From Macrostomum lignano (taxonomy: Eukaryota): 64,000 nucleotides of DNA. Position 1 is the first letter of the stretch, and each line of letters starts with the position of its first letter. The notes under the pieces were generated by a model, which saw only the letters and a program-made list of their open reading frames with translations, was not told the DNA's origin and ran no database searches. Positions 50,001-61,545 of the stretch are shown one piece after another. The DNA lies in assembly GCA_002269645.1 (NCBI GenBank), contig NIVC01000881.1, positions 182,414 to 246,413 on the forward strand. The letters run 5' to 3'. Both the position numbers and the translations under genes were made by a program.

Positions 50001-53000
50001 GAGGCGGTAACACACTGAAGGAGAGGCGGTAACACACTGAAGGAGGGGCGGTAACACACTGAAGGAGGGGCGGTAACACACTGAAGGAGGGGCGGTAACA
50101 CACTGAAGGAGGGGCGGTAACACACTGAAGGAGGGGCGGTAACACACTGATGGAGAGGCGGTAACACACTGAAGGAGGGGCGGTAACACACTGATGGAGG
50201 GGGCGGTAACACACTGAAGGAGGGGCGGTAACACACTGATGGAGGGGGCGGTAACACACTGAAGGAGAGGCGGTAACACACTGAAGGAGAGGCGGTAACA
50301 CACTGAAGGAGGGGCGGTAACACACTGATGGAGGGGGCGGTAACACACTGAAGGAGGGGCGGTAACACACTGATGGAGGGGGCGGTAACACACTGAAGGA
50401 GGGGTGGTAACACACTGATGGAGGGGCGGTAACACACTGAAGGAGGGGCGGTAACACACTGATGGAGGGGGCGGTAACACACTGATGGAGGGGGCGGTAA
50501 CACACTGATGGAGGGGGCGGTAACACACTGAAGGAGGGGCGGTAACACACTGATGGAGGGGGCGGTAACACACTGAAGGAGAGGCGGTAACACACTGAAG
50601 GAGAGGCGGTAACACACTGAAGGAGAGGCGGTAACAAACTGAAGGAGGGGCGGTAACACACTGATGGAGGGGGCGGTAACACACTGAAGGAGGGGCGGTA
50701 ACACACTGATGGAGGGGGCGGTAACACACTGAAGGAGGGGTGGTAACACACTGATGGAGGGGCGGTAACACACTGAAGGAGGGGCGGTAACACACTGATG
50801 GAGGGGGCGGTAACACACTGATGGAGGGGGCGGTAACACACTGAAGGAGGGGCGGTAACACACTGATGGAGAGGCGGTAACACACTGATGGAGGGGGCGG
50901 TAACACACTGAAGGAGGGGCGGTAACACACTGATGGAGGGGCGGTAACACACTGAAGGAGGGGCGGTAACACACTGATGGAGGGGGCGGTAACACACTGA
51001 TGGAGGGGGCGGTAACACACTGAAGGAGGGGCGGTAACACACTGATGGAGGGGCGGTAACACACTGATGGAGGGGGCGGTAACACACTGAAGGAGGGGGC
51101 GGTAACACACTGATGGAGGGGGCGGTAACACACTGAAGGAGGGGCGGTAACACACTGAAGGAGGGGCGGTAACACACTGAAGGAGGGGGCGGTAACACAC
51201 TGAAGGAGGGGGCGGTAACACACTGATGGAGGGGCGGTAACACACTGAAGGAGGGGCGGTAACACACTGAAGGAGGGGCGGTAACACACTGAAGGAGGGG
51301 GCGGTAACACACTGATGGAGGGGCGGTAACACACTGAAGGAGGGGCGGTAACACACTGAAGGAGGGGCGGTAACACACTGAAGGAGAGGCGGCAACACAC
51401 TGAAGGAGAGGCGGTAACACACTGAAGGAGGGGCGGTAACACACTGAAGGAGGGGCGGTAACACACTGAAGGAGGGGCGGTAACACACTGAAGGAGGGGG
51501 CGGTAACACACTGAAGGAGAGGTGGTGACACACTGAAGGAGGGGGCGGTAACACACTGAAGGAGGGGGCGGTAACACACTGAAGGAGGGGCGGTAACACA
51601 CTGAAGGAGGGGGCGGTAACACACTGAAGGAGGGGTGGTGACACACTGAAGGAGGGGTGGTGACACACTGAAGGAGAGGCGGTAACACACTGAAGGAGAG
51701 GCGGTAACACACTGAAGGAGAGGCGGTAACACACTGAAGGAGAGGCGGTAACACACTGAAGGAGGGGTGGTGACACACTGAAGGAGGGGGCGGTAACACA
51801 CTGAAGGAGGGGGCGGTAACACACTGAAGGAGGGGCGGTAACACACTGAAGGAGGGGGCGGTAACACACTGAAGGAGGGGGCGGTAACACACTGAAGGAG
51901 GGGTGGTGACACACTGAAGGAGAGGCGGTAACACACTGAAGGAGAGGCGGTAACACACTGAAGGAGAGGCGGTAACACACTGAAGGAGAGGCGGTAACAC
52001 ACTGAAGGAGGGGCGGTAACACACTGATGGAGGGGCGGTAACACACTGAAGGAGAGGCGGTAACACACTGATGGAGGGGCGGTAACACACTGATGGAGGG
52101 GGCGGTAACACACTGATGGAGGGGCGGTAACACACTGATGGAGGGGGCGGTAACACACTGATGGAGGGGCGGTAACACACTGAAGGAGGGGGCGGTAACA
52201 CACTGATGGAGGGGCGGTAACACACTGATGGAGGGGGCGGTAACACACTGATGGAGGGGGCGGTAACACACTGATGGAGGGGGCGGTAACACACTGAAGG
52301 AGAGGCGGTAACACACTGAAGGAGAGGCGGTAACACACTGAAGGAGAGGCGGTAACACACTGAAGGAGAGGCGGTAACACACTGAAGGAGGGGGCGGTAA
52401 CACACTGATGGAGGGGGCGGTAACACACTGAAGGAGAGGCGGTAACACACTGATGGAGGGGCGGTAACACACTGATGGAGGGGGCGGTAACACACTGATG
52501 GAGGGGCGGTAACACACTGATGGAGGGGGCGGTAACACACTGATGGAGGGGCGGTAACACACTGAAGGAGGGGCGGTAACACACTGATGGAGGGGCGGTA
52601 ACACACTGATGGAGGGGGCGGTAACACACTGATGGAGGGGGCGGTAACACACTGATGGAGGGGGCGGTAACACACTGAAGGAGAGGCGGTAACACACTGA
52701 AGGGGGGGCGGTAACACACTGAAGGAGAGGCGGTAACACACTGAAGGAGAGGCGGTAACACACTGAAGGAGGGGGCGGTAACACACTGATGGAGGGGCGG
52801 TAACACACTGAAGGAGGGGGTGGTAACACACTGATGGAGGGGGCGGTAACACACTGATGGAGGGGGCGGTAACACACTGATGGAGAGGCGGTAACACACT
52901 GATGGAGGGGCGGTAACACACTGATGGAGGGGGCGGTAACACACTGATGGAGGGGCGGTAACACACTGATGGAGGGGGCGGTAACACACTGATGGAGGGG

Positions 53001-55193
53001 CGGTAACACACTGATGGAGGGGGGTAACACACTGATGGAGGGGGCGGTAACACACTGAAGGAGAGGCGGTAACACACTGAAGGAGAGGCGGTAACACACT
53101 GATGGAGGGGGCGGTAACACACTGATGGAGGGGGCGGTAACACACTGATGGAGGGGGCGGTAACATACTGAAGGGGGCGGTAACACACTGAAGGGGGGCG
53201 TTATCACACTGATGGAGGGGGCGGTAACACACTGATGGAGGGGGCGGTAACACACTGATGGAGGGGCGGTAACACACTGAAGGAGGGGGCGGTAACACAC
53301 TGAAGGAGAGGCGGTAACACACTGAAGGAGAGGCGGTAACACACTGAAGGGGGGCGGTAACACACTGAAGGAGAGGCGGTAACACACTGAAGGTGAGGCG
53401 GTAACACACTGAAGGAGGGGGCGGTAACACACTGATGGAGGGGCGGTAACACACTGAAGGAGGGGGCGGTAACACACTGATGGAGGGGGCGGTAACACAC
53501 TCAAGGAGGGGGCGGTAACACACTCAAGGAGGGGGCGGTAACTGGTAATACAATGCTCAGGATGTGCGACTGCACTTGCAACCTTTGCATTAAGTTTTGT
53601 TATATTCTATCACTAGAGCCCAAGTATTTCAGTTAATTTTACGTTGATTAAATACTAAAACAATTCCCAAACACAAATATTGATGTTAATCGGATAAATA
53701 TTGCAATGTACTGCCACGGCCTGCTGTCAGTCATGACAAATCAAGTGCGCCATTCGAAATTTCTATTCTGTACTTCCTCAGGGTGCGGCGGGCCAAAGGG
53801 CGGCTGACAGAGCTGCAACTTCCCATGGTGAGTATCTTGTATTAGTTCTTCACAAGTTGTTCGCGCATAGGTCTCCAATGAGAGCTATAGCAGCGTCAGT
53901 CTAACAAATTTTCGGAACTCATTTTAGCGTCGCAGGCACTCATTTTGGCGCCGCAGGCACTCATTTTGGCGCCGCAGGCACTCATTTTAGCGCCACAGGC
54001 ACTCATTTTGGCGCCGCAGGCACTCATTTTGGCGCCGCAGGCACTCATTTTAGCGCCGAAGGCACTCATTTTAGCGCCGCAGGCACTCATTTTGGCGCCG
54101 CAGGCACTCATTTTGGCGCCGCAGGCACTCATTTTGGCGCCGCAGATACTCATTTTGGCGCCGCAGGCACTCATTTTGGCGCCGCAGGCACTCATTTTGG
54201 CGCCGCAGGCACTCATTTTGGCGCCGCAGATACTCATTTTGGCGCCGCAGGCACTCATTTTGGCGCCGCAGGCACTCATTTTGGCGCTCTGAAGAAAAAT
54301 GATTGATTACCACAACGAGTTACAAGGTGGGGTGGGGGACACAAAACATTGGCATATCCTCCCATAGCTTTTACTAGGAGACATGTCCCCCCCCCGGTGG
54401 CGACGCGCCTGTCAGGTTGTACACTTCGGGAAAGATTTGCGACTCCAGATTTTTGAAATCAACTCATATACTCGTAGATCACCAGGGGGAGGTGAACGCG
54501 TCCGACTCTCGACGACACTTCACGACCGCTGGTTCGATTCCAAATTCATCTGGGGCTTGTGCCAGAAAATTGGGGGGGGGGTTGTCATGCGATTCACAGA
54601 CATGAGGAACACCAACTCCCCAAGGCCTTTCCAAGGCTCCCCAAAGTCAGTTTCTTTGCCTGTTATACTGGGGTTTTAGCCTAGTGGTCGGAGCGTCGGA
54701 CTCACGACTTGAAGGTCGTGGGTTCGATTCTTGACTAACTCGGAGCAATTCGTGTCCTTGAGCAAGACCACTTAAGAAGTCTGCATTACTTCAGTTCACC
54801 CAGCTGTAAAATGGGTGCCAGCATTAGCTGGGGTAATTGAGGGTGTGTGGCGACCCCCCAGTCCTTGGAGTGAACAGCCGTACGCAGCCTTCAGATGCGC
54901 CGCGCAATAGCTGCGGCTGAGCTGTCGGTTGCACATCTACTGGGGCAGGTGTAATCAGTTATTATTATTATTATTATTGGCAGTTATACACTTTGGAAAG
55001 GCCAGCAATCATCATTTATCCTCTTGCTGCAGATGCTGCGGGCCCATCGAAGGCCTCTGCGGGTCGCAGGTCGCGCAGTCGCGGCGGCGGCGGCAAATCG
55101 GGATCAAAGACAGCGGCGGCGCCTGTGAAGCGGCGCCCGGCCTCAGCCAGCCGGCCTGTGATTGATAGCAGCGCCGCCTGTCGCAAGAAGTGA
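44010..55193 (+). CDS. SPATA18: Mitochondria-eating protein (MIEAP/SPATA18) homolog, 11 exons, about 588 aa
   Basis: Exons: 44010-44096, 44432-44537, 44636-44954, 45287-45382, 45736-46008, 46739-46961, 47039-47197, 47277-47452, 47730-47850, 53782-53827, 55033-55193; phases consistent. N-terminus [42 protein letters not shown] and C-terminal [44 protein letters not shown] match MIEAP. The last two exons are less certain; an alternative read-through stop lies at 47884-47886. Confidence 0.9.
44995..45115. repeat. Short array of the 20-bp unit GCTGACACTCCTGTCTAACA in MIEAP intron 3
   Basis: About 6 copies, same unit family as 31460-33295. Confidence 0.93.
46025..46580. repeat. 19-bp G-rich minisatellite (GGGTGTCGGGGAGGGAGGT)n in MIEAP intron 5
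   Basis: Period 19 visible. Confidence 0.95.
47470..47729. repeat. About 31-bp repeat containing CCCCAACAG|GT in MIEAP intron 8; last unit overlaps the true acceptor
   Basis: CAGGT copies with AG ending at 47490, 47575, 47606, 47637, 47667, 47698; the true acceptor AG ends at 47729. Confidence 0.9.
48165..48660. repeat. About 124-bp purine-rich tandem repeat, about 4 copies, in MIEAP intron 9
   Basis: GCGCAACTGAGGAGAGGCAAGATTGGAGAGCCAATCAGAAGGCAGTGG recurs near 48177, 48301, 48426 and, degenerate, near 48550. Confidence 0.88.
49280..49595 (+). mobile_element. tRNA-derived SINE with CORE-like central domain (copy 1)
   Basis: A-box-like TAGCCTAGTAGTGG, B-box GGTTCGATTC (49333-49342), GTGTCCTTGAGCAAGACACTTAAC..CTGTAAAATGGG, AT-rich tail. 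Highly similar to 54670-54978. Confidence 0.88.
49868..53542. repeat. 3.7-kb 23-24-bp minisatellite (AACACACTGA[A/T]GGAG[G/A]GG(G)CGGT)n in MIEAP intron 9
   Basis: About 155 copies; explains the three >1100-aa minus-strand ORFs. Confidence 0.98.
53925..54288. repeat. 21-bp minisatellite (TTTTGGCGCCGCAGGCACTCA)n in MIEAP intron 10
   Basis: About 17 copies. Confidence 0.95.
54670..54978 (+). mobile_element. tRNA-derived SINE (copy 2)
   Basis: TAGCCTAGTGG..GGTTCGATTC head, same body as 49280-49595, (TTA)n tail. Confidence 0.88.
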
Positions 55194-56839
55194 ATGAAGC
55201 CTTGGACAGGGCTGCTCAAAGTTTAAAGGCGCTTCACCCCCCTCAAGTACTGCATGTTTTTACAAGCAAACTGAATGACATGATATGACACGTCTGTATC
55301 GTCAATTTATATTTTTCGAGACAAGATTCAGGTCCACTAAAAGTACTTTGTTTCTTGGAAGTCTGTTGAAACTCAACATTTTCCAGATATTTTCCAGAAA
55401 AAATTGTCAACGCATTCTTAAGAAGATTGGGCAGGCAAGCTAAACCTTAAATCCGATAATTCCGCTAAAAAGTTCATGTAGTACTTTATACTTCTCCTTG
55501 AGTCTTGAGCTTTCTGAGCTTTTGAAAAACACAAAATCCTGCTGAAATTATCCTAGCAACTATTTTTTAGAAGAAAAATCGTAAAAAGCTCCTGAATGTA
55601 GTTTAGTTATTGTCTTACTTATTGCATAAGCTTATTTTATTATCTTCTAGTTCTAATAACTACCAAACTAGGTGCTCTATTTAGTTAATTATAACAAAAT
55701 TTTAGCCAACTATAAATCATTATTTCTACGCGCATCGGCTCAATTATTTATTTTGCAACAATTATATTCCATTGAAATTTGCTATTCCCGCTCAGTATGT
55801 TACCGCAATGTCCTGCAGCAGCACAATGATATTATGTACATTTTTAGCCCAAATGCTTAATTGATCGCTTAATTATAGAGATTTGTATTACCTACCCTGG
55901 CAGGTAGCGATTAGTGATAGGTGTACTTTTATTTCAAATGGATTGCTCAAAAATACTTATCTAAATAGCCCACTGTTTTGGTTAGCTATTGTTTTCAAAA
56001 GCACGAAGTCAAAATGTTTTTAAAACCCACTTTATTATGTAGCGGATACATACAGGCTACTTTAGAGTTACACTTAATAAGCGAAAAGTTGTCTAATAGT
56101 CAGAATGACGCAGAAGCATTTTCGTGCATTTAGAACTGATTGTATGTGGCCCGGACCGCGAAGCCTCTCTCCGCGTCCCTCGGGTCCTTTGAAACTTCAT
56201 AAGACCGATATCCGGCTCAAGGTCTAATCTTATTTCCTTTTCTCTCCTTTCATCTTTCATCTCATCTATCCTCTTATCTCATCTTCCATCTGTTTATCAG
56301 AGACAGGGGCTGTGTGTCCATGGCGCACTTTAAGCGACATTGTCACACAACCGGCGAGAGGCATTGCTGCCCATTCCGCCGACTCCCCTGAGCAGGCACA
56401 CAAGCGCGCGGATACGTACGCAGTCATACACGCAGGCACACACTCACACAGGAGTGTACAGCGGCCCTAACTTTATTTATTTTTAGGCATGTACACTTCA
56501 CTGTGCCTTGGGGGTTGGCCATCAAGGGCGTTAATTGCACGAGCAGAGCCAAGCCGAGATTCCAGATTCCAAGTCCTAAATTAATGTGACTGCAGTTGGA
56601 ATCATTCTCTCATCTCCTCTCTCCTGCCTCTCCTCCTCTATTGAATCACCAGCCATGAGCAGGGATCTGGCCATTGAGGTAAAACCGGTTGCCGACCCCA
56701 GGTCTATCAGCACCAGTTGGGACTCTTTCTTGGATTAGCTAATGCAGCTTACCGTTGCTGTGATGCAGTGTTTAGTTGTGCATATGGTTTCTGGTGTAGA
56801 CAATTATATATTTAATTAAGAAGCCATATCAATAATATA

Positions 56840-57400
56840 GCAATTTCCAAGCCAATTGAGCCTAGGGGCAAGCAATTTAATCCTTATTGGGAGAATCAAG
56901 CTATTGAAGACTTGTTTTTCATTGTCTATGGCCCAAAAAGGGGGTCTATGGAGTCTCTCAAAACAGTGTTGGACATATTGAAATAAAACCCGATCAATCT
57001 TTACGTGCAGCCATCGCGAAATGTGCTCAGCACTATTATCTCTCTCGATGGCAGCGACAATCAGGTCGTACCTTTCGTTGCTTATCTTGCGATAGGGTTC
57101 TCGCCCTGCAGGATTCTGCTCATCCACTGCATCTTGGGCTGTAGCAGAACTTTCGTCACTGCTCTGCTGGTTAAATTCTTCGTCTGCCATATCCATGTTT
57201 GTCTGACGAAATCCGTTATTTTCTATGGTCTGAGGCTTGCACAAATGTGAAAAGGATTAATTGCGCGTCCAAATTCTCAAATTGGTTGCTCCATAGACCC
57301 CCTTTTTGGCCATAGACAATGAAAACAAGTCTTCAATAGATTGATTCTCCCAATAAGGATTAAATTGCTTGCCCCTAAGCTCAATTGGCTTGGAAAATGC
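56840..57400 (-). mobile_element. Internally deleted long-TIR element (IS630/Tc1/mariner-like): about 113-bp TIRs, TA flanks, remnant of transposase N-terminal HTH
   Basis: 56840-56953 is a near-perfect inverted copy of 57289-57400, with TA on both outer sides. Internal minus ORF reads MDMADEEF..EPYRKISNERYDLIVAAIERDNSAEHISRWLHVK and then runs into the TIR. Confidence 0.8.
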
Positions 57401-57622
57401 TACATTGTCGTATTGAAAATAGTCCACTTGTGACTTTGACTTTTAAACAAGAAGTCACAATTCGCTGAAAGTATATTTTTACTAATTTGTTAAAGTAATT
57501 GTCTATGGCCTCGGTGGCGCATCTCTCTCGCTCCTGACGTATAAAGACCTTCGTAACCATGTTATCTATATTAATATTATATTAAACACAATAGAAATAT
57601 AGTTGCCGCAGCATAAAGAGTT

Positions 57623-58778
57623 ATGAATTGTCCATCCAGCAGAACAAAGAGCTCAGTCGCAGCCAACGCCACAGGCAGTGTCGGCACAAAGCCCCAGGAA
57701 GCGGAGCCGGCCTCGCTGCCCCGACCCAAAAGTCGCACCAGCAGTGTTAGCTCAGGAAGCAGCTGCTCGCACAGCTGTGGCCAAAGCACCAGCTGCTCCG
57801 TGCCCGAGTCCGAGGCCCGATGGTCGGAGTTGCCAGCCCTGAAGCCGCTGGTGAACCCCCAGCGACTCCGAGCCCTGCGCCTCAGCAGTCGAGACGACGC
57901 GAGACACGGCGAGACGGTCTGGCAGCCGAGCCAGCGCAGCTGGAAGGAGGCAGTCGGTGGCGGCGACGCCACTGTCGCGGTGGAGCCTTCGAGTCCGCTG
58001 CACGAAATGGCTGGGCAGACCAGCGGACCGCAGGACCCGGATGTGCGCACAAGGATGGACGGTACTTGCAACTGGTTCAAATAGTTTAGGGTGAACCAAT
58101 TGGGGTTTTTGTACGCCTTAATTCACCCTAATCTTGTCCTCACTATCCTGGGTATGAATGTCAGCAGTGCAAAGCCAAGTTCCGCGTGCTCAGGCCAATG
58201 CCGGATTCGCAACTCTTCTCTGCATTGCAGCCTCCTCCTGCCGCATCGCCCCGTCTCCAACAGAGCGCAACCAGTGCAACAGCCGGCGACGCTGCCTCAG
58301 CGCCGACGAATTCGGCGACGTAGCGGACGGTGACACCGACAGATCGACCTTGGCGTCGATGGCGCTTTACGATGAGGGCGCCGCCACCCTGGCGGCCTCG
58401 GCCAGCACGCCGCTGCAGCCGATCTACCAGTACAGCTTCCGGGTGCCGGAGACCCGCGCCAACATGCGCGCCTTCTGCCACGCCTCCGACCGGCGCGTCG
58501 AGGCCATCGCCCGCGCCTGCGACTCGGAGATCCTGCTGGACCCGCAGCCAATCCGCACGGCCGCCGCCTCCGTCGCCCTCCGCCGGATCACCGTCAGGGC
58601 GCCGGACCTGCACAGCCTGGAGAAATGCTGCCGGATGTTCGACGACAAGTTTCCCCAGTTCTACGCCAGCTCGGGCCTCGGCCCGGACGGCCGCGGAGTC
58701 AGCAAGGTCTTCGACGACGACAGCGAGCGGCAAATTTCAGCTTCCAGCGACGAAATGACCTTCGGCAGCTTCTCTTAG
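57623..58778 (+). CDS. Uncharacterised protein, 2 exons, about 328 aa; S/A-rich N-terminus and compact C-terminal domain with KH-like secondary-structure pattern
   Basis: Exons 57623-58061 (G|GTACTT) and 58231-58778 (TTCTCTGCATTGCAG|CC), phase 1 consistent. Exon 2 shows strong GC3 codon bias like the other genes here. Confidence 0.75.
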
Positions 58779-59097
58779 CACTCGCTGGAGCCTTCGGCAG
58801 CATGGAGTGTGAGAGCCGCCTGCCTTGTGGCAAACCTTAATGACTGAGATTATTTTCCCTGTGGGTTCAGATTGTCATTCTACCTACGCCTAGCCTACGA
58901 GTATATGTATTTAAGTTCTGGCATTGTTTGCAATACGCGTACTAAACTTCTGTAAAATTGGATGCATAAAGTACGATAATAACCATTTTCCAACTGTGAA
59001 TGCCTCCCAATTTTAAAAGATGAATACTATTCAGATAAAAAATCTTCAAATTCACCGTCATCGAGAACACAACTCGATATTGTCGGTTGGTTGGAAT

Positions 59098-59332
59098 ACT
59101 TTTTTTATTACACCTCCCCCTAATATGGGCTGATGTGCAACCGACAGCTCAGCTGCAACTATCGCCACGCACACCCCAATTACCCCAGCTAATGCTGGCA
59201 CCCATTTTACAGCAGGGTGAACTGAAGCAATGCAGAGTTGCTCAAGGGTTGCAGAGTGGTCTTGCTCAAGGACGCAAATTGTTCTGAGTGGGTCGACAAT
59301 CGAACCCTTGACGCAGTAACTAATAGGCTACC
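59098..59332 (-). mobile_element. tRNA-derived SINE (copy 3, diverged, internally deleted)
   Basis: Reverse complement contains TAGCCTATTAG..GGTTCGATT..GCGTCCTTGAGCAAGACCAC..CTGTAAAATGGGTGCCAGCATTAGCTGGGGTAATTG. Confidence 0.85.
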
Positions 59333-60194
59333 ACCCCGCGTGTCATAAATGTCTTTAACAAGATTTCCGTCATTGCGGAGAGGTCCCAGAAAACCGTGGC
59401 CCACTGGGCCAGCGGACATGAATTACATCCAAACATTCGAAGTCGTACGTGTAAGCAACAAGAAATGCCGAATGTGATTAACACAGGTATTGCTTTGTTA
59501 GCACTGCAGTGAACCTGCTACCATGAGCAATAAAGCAACCATTACTCATTAGAGCAGTTGTTTAAAAAGTTATATTTTTCATAAAGATAACAGTAATAGT
59601 AACCAAATACAATGTCCAACTTGTCAAGCAGCAGTTTGCACTGACATTCCTCCACCTGCGACTTGTTCTCGGAACATCCAGAGACGCCAAAAAATGATTT
59701 GAACTCTTCCGACTGCTGATGTTGAATTTCGAACTCCGCGAGCGGCTTAAGCCTTTTCTGCTCTATTTAGATTTGTTGGAAAAAATCGGATTGGGAAATC
59801 TTGAGTATTCTGGCACAAATTAGCTATTGGTTGGCCTGATGGCGCTAGCAGCTCTGGGATCAGTCAGTGTGTATTGCAATAAAATCAGCCACCTTGTCAC
59901 TTTGGCGCATTAAGTCAATAATTAATGATTTTTCGGAATAGGTTAAATAATCTTGCGTTTCGTCTCCCTGGGGGGGGTGTTACACCCACGGCCAATTGAA
60001 ATTTCTGCTTCCAAAGCCAGCAGGACAAAATTCAAAAAGTTTAGTACAAAAATTAATTACTTTTAAAAGCGACACAAATGCTGAACAGCACTTTCCCAGT
60101 ACATTTCGTGGGTCTCCAGATCGGGATCAACTCGGGGACCAATTTCGTGACCAGATCAGGACCAAATTGGGATCAGGATGGGACCAGTTTGGGA

Positions 60195-60632
60195 TCAGTC
60201 TGGGTATTGATGAGTCACTTCGCAGTTGGAATCAGTTGGTTGCGCAGGGAGTTGAGCTGGAACAGCAGCTGTGCCACTCGCCTGGCAGCAGGCGGCAGTG
60301 GCTGTGGCGGGTGCGCGCAGGCCCTCGTCAATCCTGGCAACCGTGGCGGACTCCGCCATGGACACCACGTTTAGCCGCTGCTGCTGAGCTTTAGGCGGGC
60401 TTTCCACGTCAGCCGCGCTCTGGTTGACGACGTCTTCGATTGACATTCGAGTTGAAAACTGCTTGAGGCGCTGGCGCTTACGACTGCCCTCTTGCCTACC
60501 CGACTTCGGCGATTCTTCCTGATTGGGCGCGAGGCTCTGCCGGAGGACGCCGATGGCCAGCGCCGCCGTCAACGCGAGAGTCACCAGGAAGGCCGTGGCA
60601 ACAACAACAAGAGCAATTTCTGTGGAATTCAT
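60195..60632 (-). CDS. Putative small single-pass membrane protein (N-terminal TM, basic juxtamembrane segment, low-complexity tail), or last exon of a larger gene
   Basis: IALVVVATAFLVTLALTAALAIGVL hydrophobic stretch followed by RKRQRLKQF. The ATG is immediately preceded by an acceptor-like CCCGCCAG. Confidence 0.55.
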   Translation of the reverse strand: MNSTEIALVVVATAFLVTLALTAALAIGVLRQSLAPNQEESPKSGRQEGSRKRQRLKQFSTRMSIEDVVNQSAADVESPPKAQQQRLNVVSMAESATVARIDEGLRAPATATAACCQASGTAAVPAQLPAQPTDSNCEVTHQYPD

Positions 60633-60837
60633 CTGGCGGGCAGCAGTTGACTTTGTTGAGGTTTGAAGTTCTACTGAGCTTGAGTTCGGTTCAGCGGATC
60701 ACCGGGCTACCGAGCTGCATGCTATCGCATTAGCAAAAATAAATGTTGTACAAACAAGAAATTGCGTTCATCAAGTCGTCACTGCATCGTAAATTTTGAC
60801 TGAAAGATTGTTCGAGAGAGCTCATAGTCTATGGCCA

Positions 60838-61545
60838 GGGTCCATGAGAATTGCCCGCAGACGAATTGCCCGCCGAGATTTGCCCGCAGGAGATTTGCCC
60901 GTGGAGATTTGCCCGCCGAGCTTTTCCCGCGGAGATTTGCCCGCAGTGCATTTTGCCCGTGAGCGAATTGCCCGTGGAGATTTGCCCGCCGAGAATTGCC
61001 CGCCGAGATTTGCCCGCAGTGCAATTTTCCGCGAGTGAATTGCCCGCGAGCGAATTGCCCGCCGAGTTTTTTCCCGCCGAGATTTGCCCGCAATCCTTTT
61101 TCCTGCAGCGCATTTGGCCACGCGGCAGATTTTGTCTGCATTGCCTTCCCAATGCTTAGTACGTGTTAATCTTAATAAAGAGATTTACACGATCAAAACG
61201 TTTTGATAGTAACTGCATATCAAATGCATATTTTGGGGGGAGCAATGTATGGACAGAATCTAGCTGCCAAATGCGCTGCAAAAAAAGGATTGCGGGCAAA
61301 CCTCGGCGGGAAAAAACTCGGCGGGCAATTCGCTCGCGGGCAATTCACTCGCGGGAAAATTGCACTGCGGGCAAATCTCGGCGGGCAATTCTCGGCGGGC
61401 AAATCTCCACGGGCAATTCGCTCACGGGCAAAATGCACTGCGGGCAAATCTCCGCGGGAAAAGCTCGGCGGGCAAATCTCCACGGGCAAATCTCCTGCGG
61501 GCAAATCTCGGCGGGCAATTCGTCTGCGGCATTTCTCGTGCTCCC
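60838..61545. mobile_element. Foldback/Mutator-like MITE: about 270-bp inverted arms made of TTTGCCCGC subrepeats, GGG..CCC ends, 9-bp TSD
   Basis: Arms 60838-~61110 and ~61270-61545 are inverted copies. CTATGGCCA lies at 60829-60837 and 61546-61554. Confidence 0.9.

Noticed and set aside
49688-53523. Three 1166-1223-aa Pro/Cys/Val-rich ORFs
   Set aside because: They are translations of a 23-24-bp minisatellite in all three frames, antisense within a MIEAP intron, with non-ATG starts and no unique domain.
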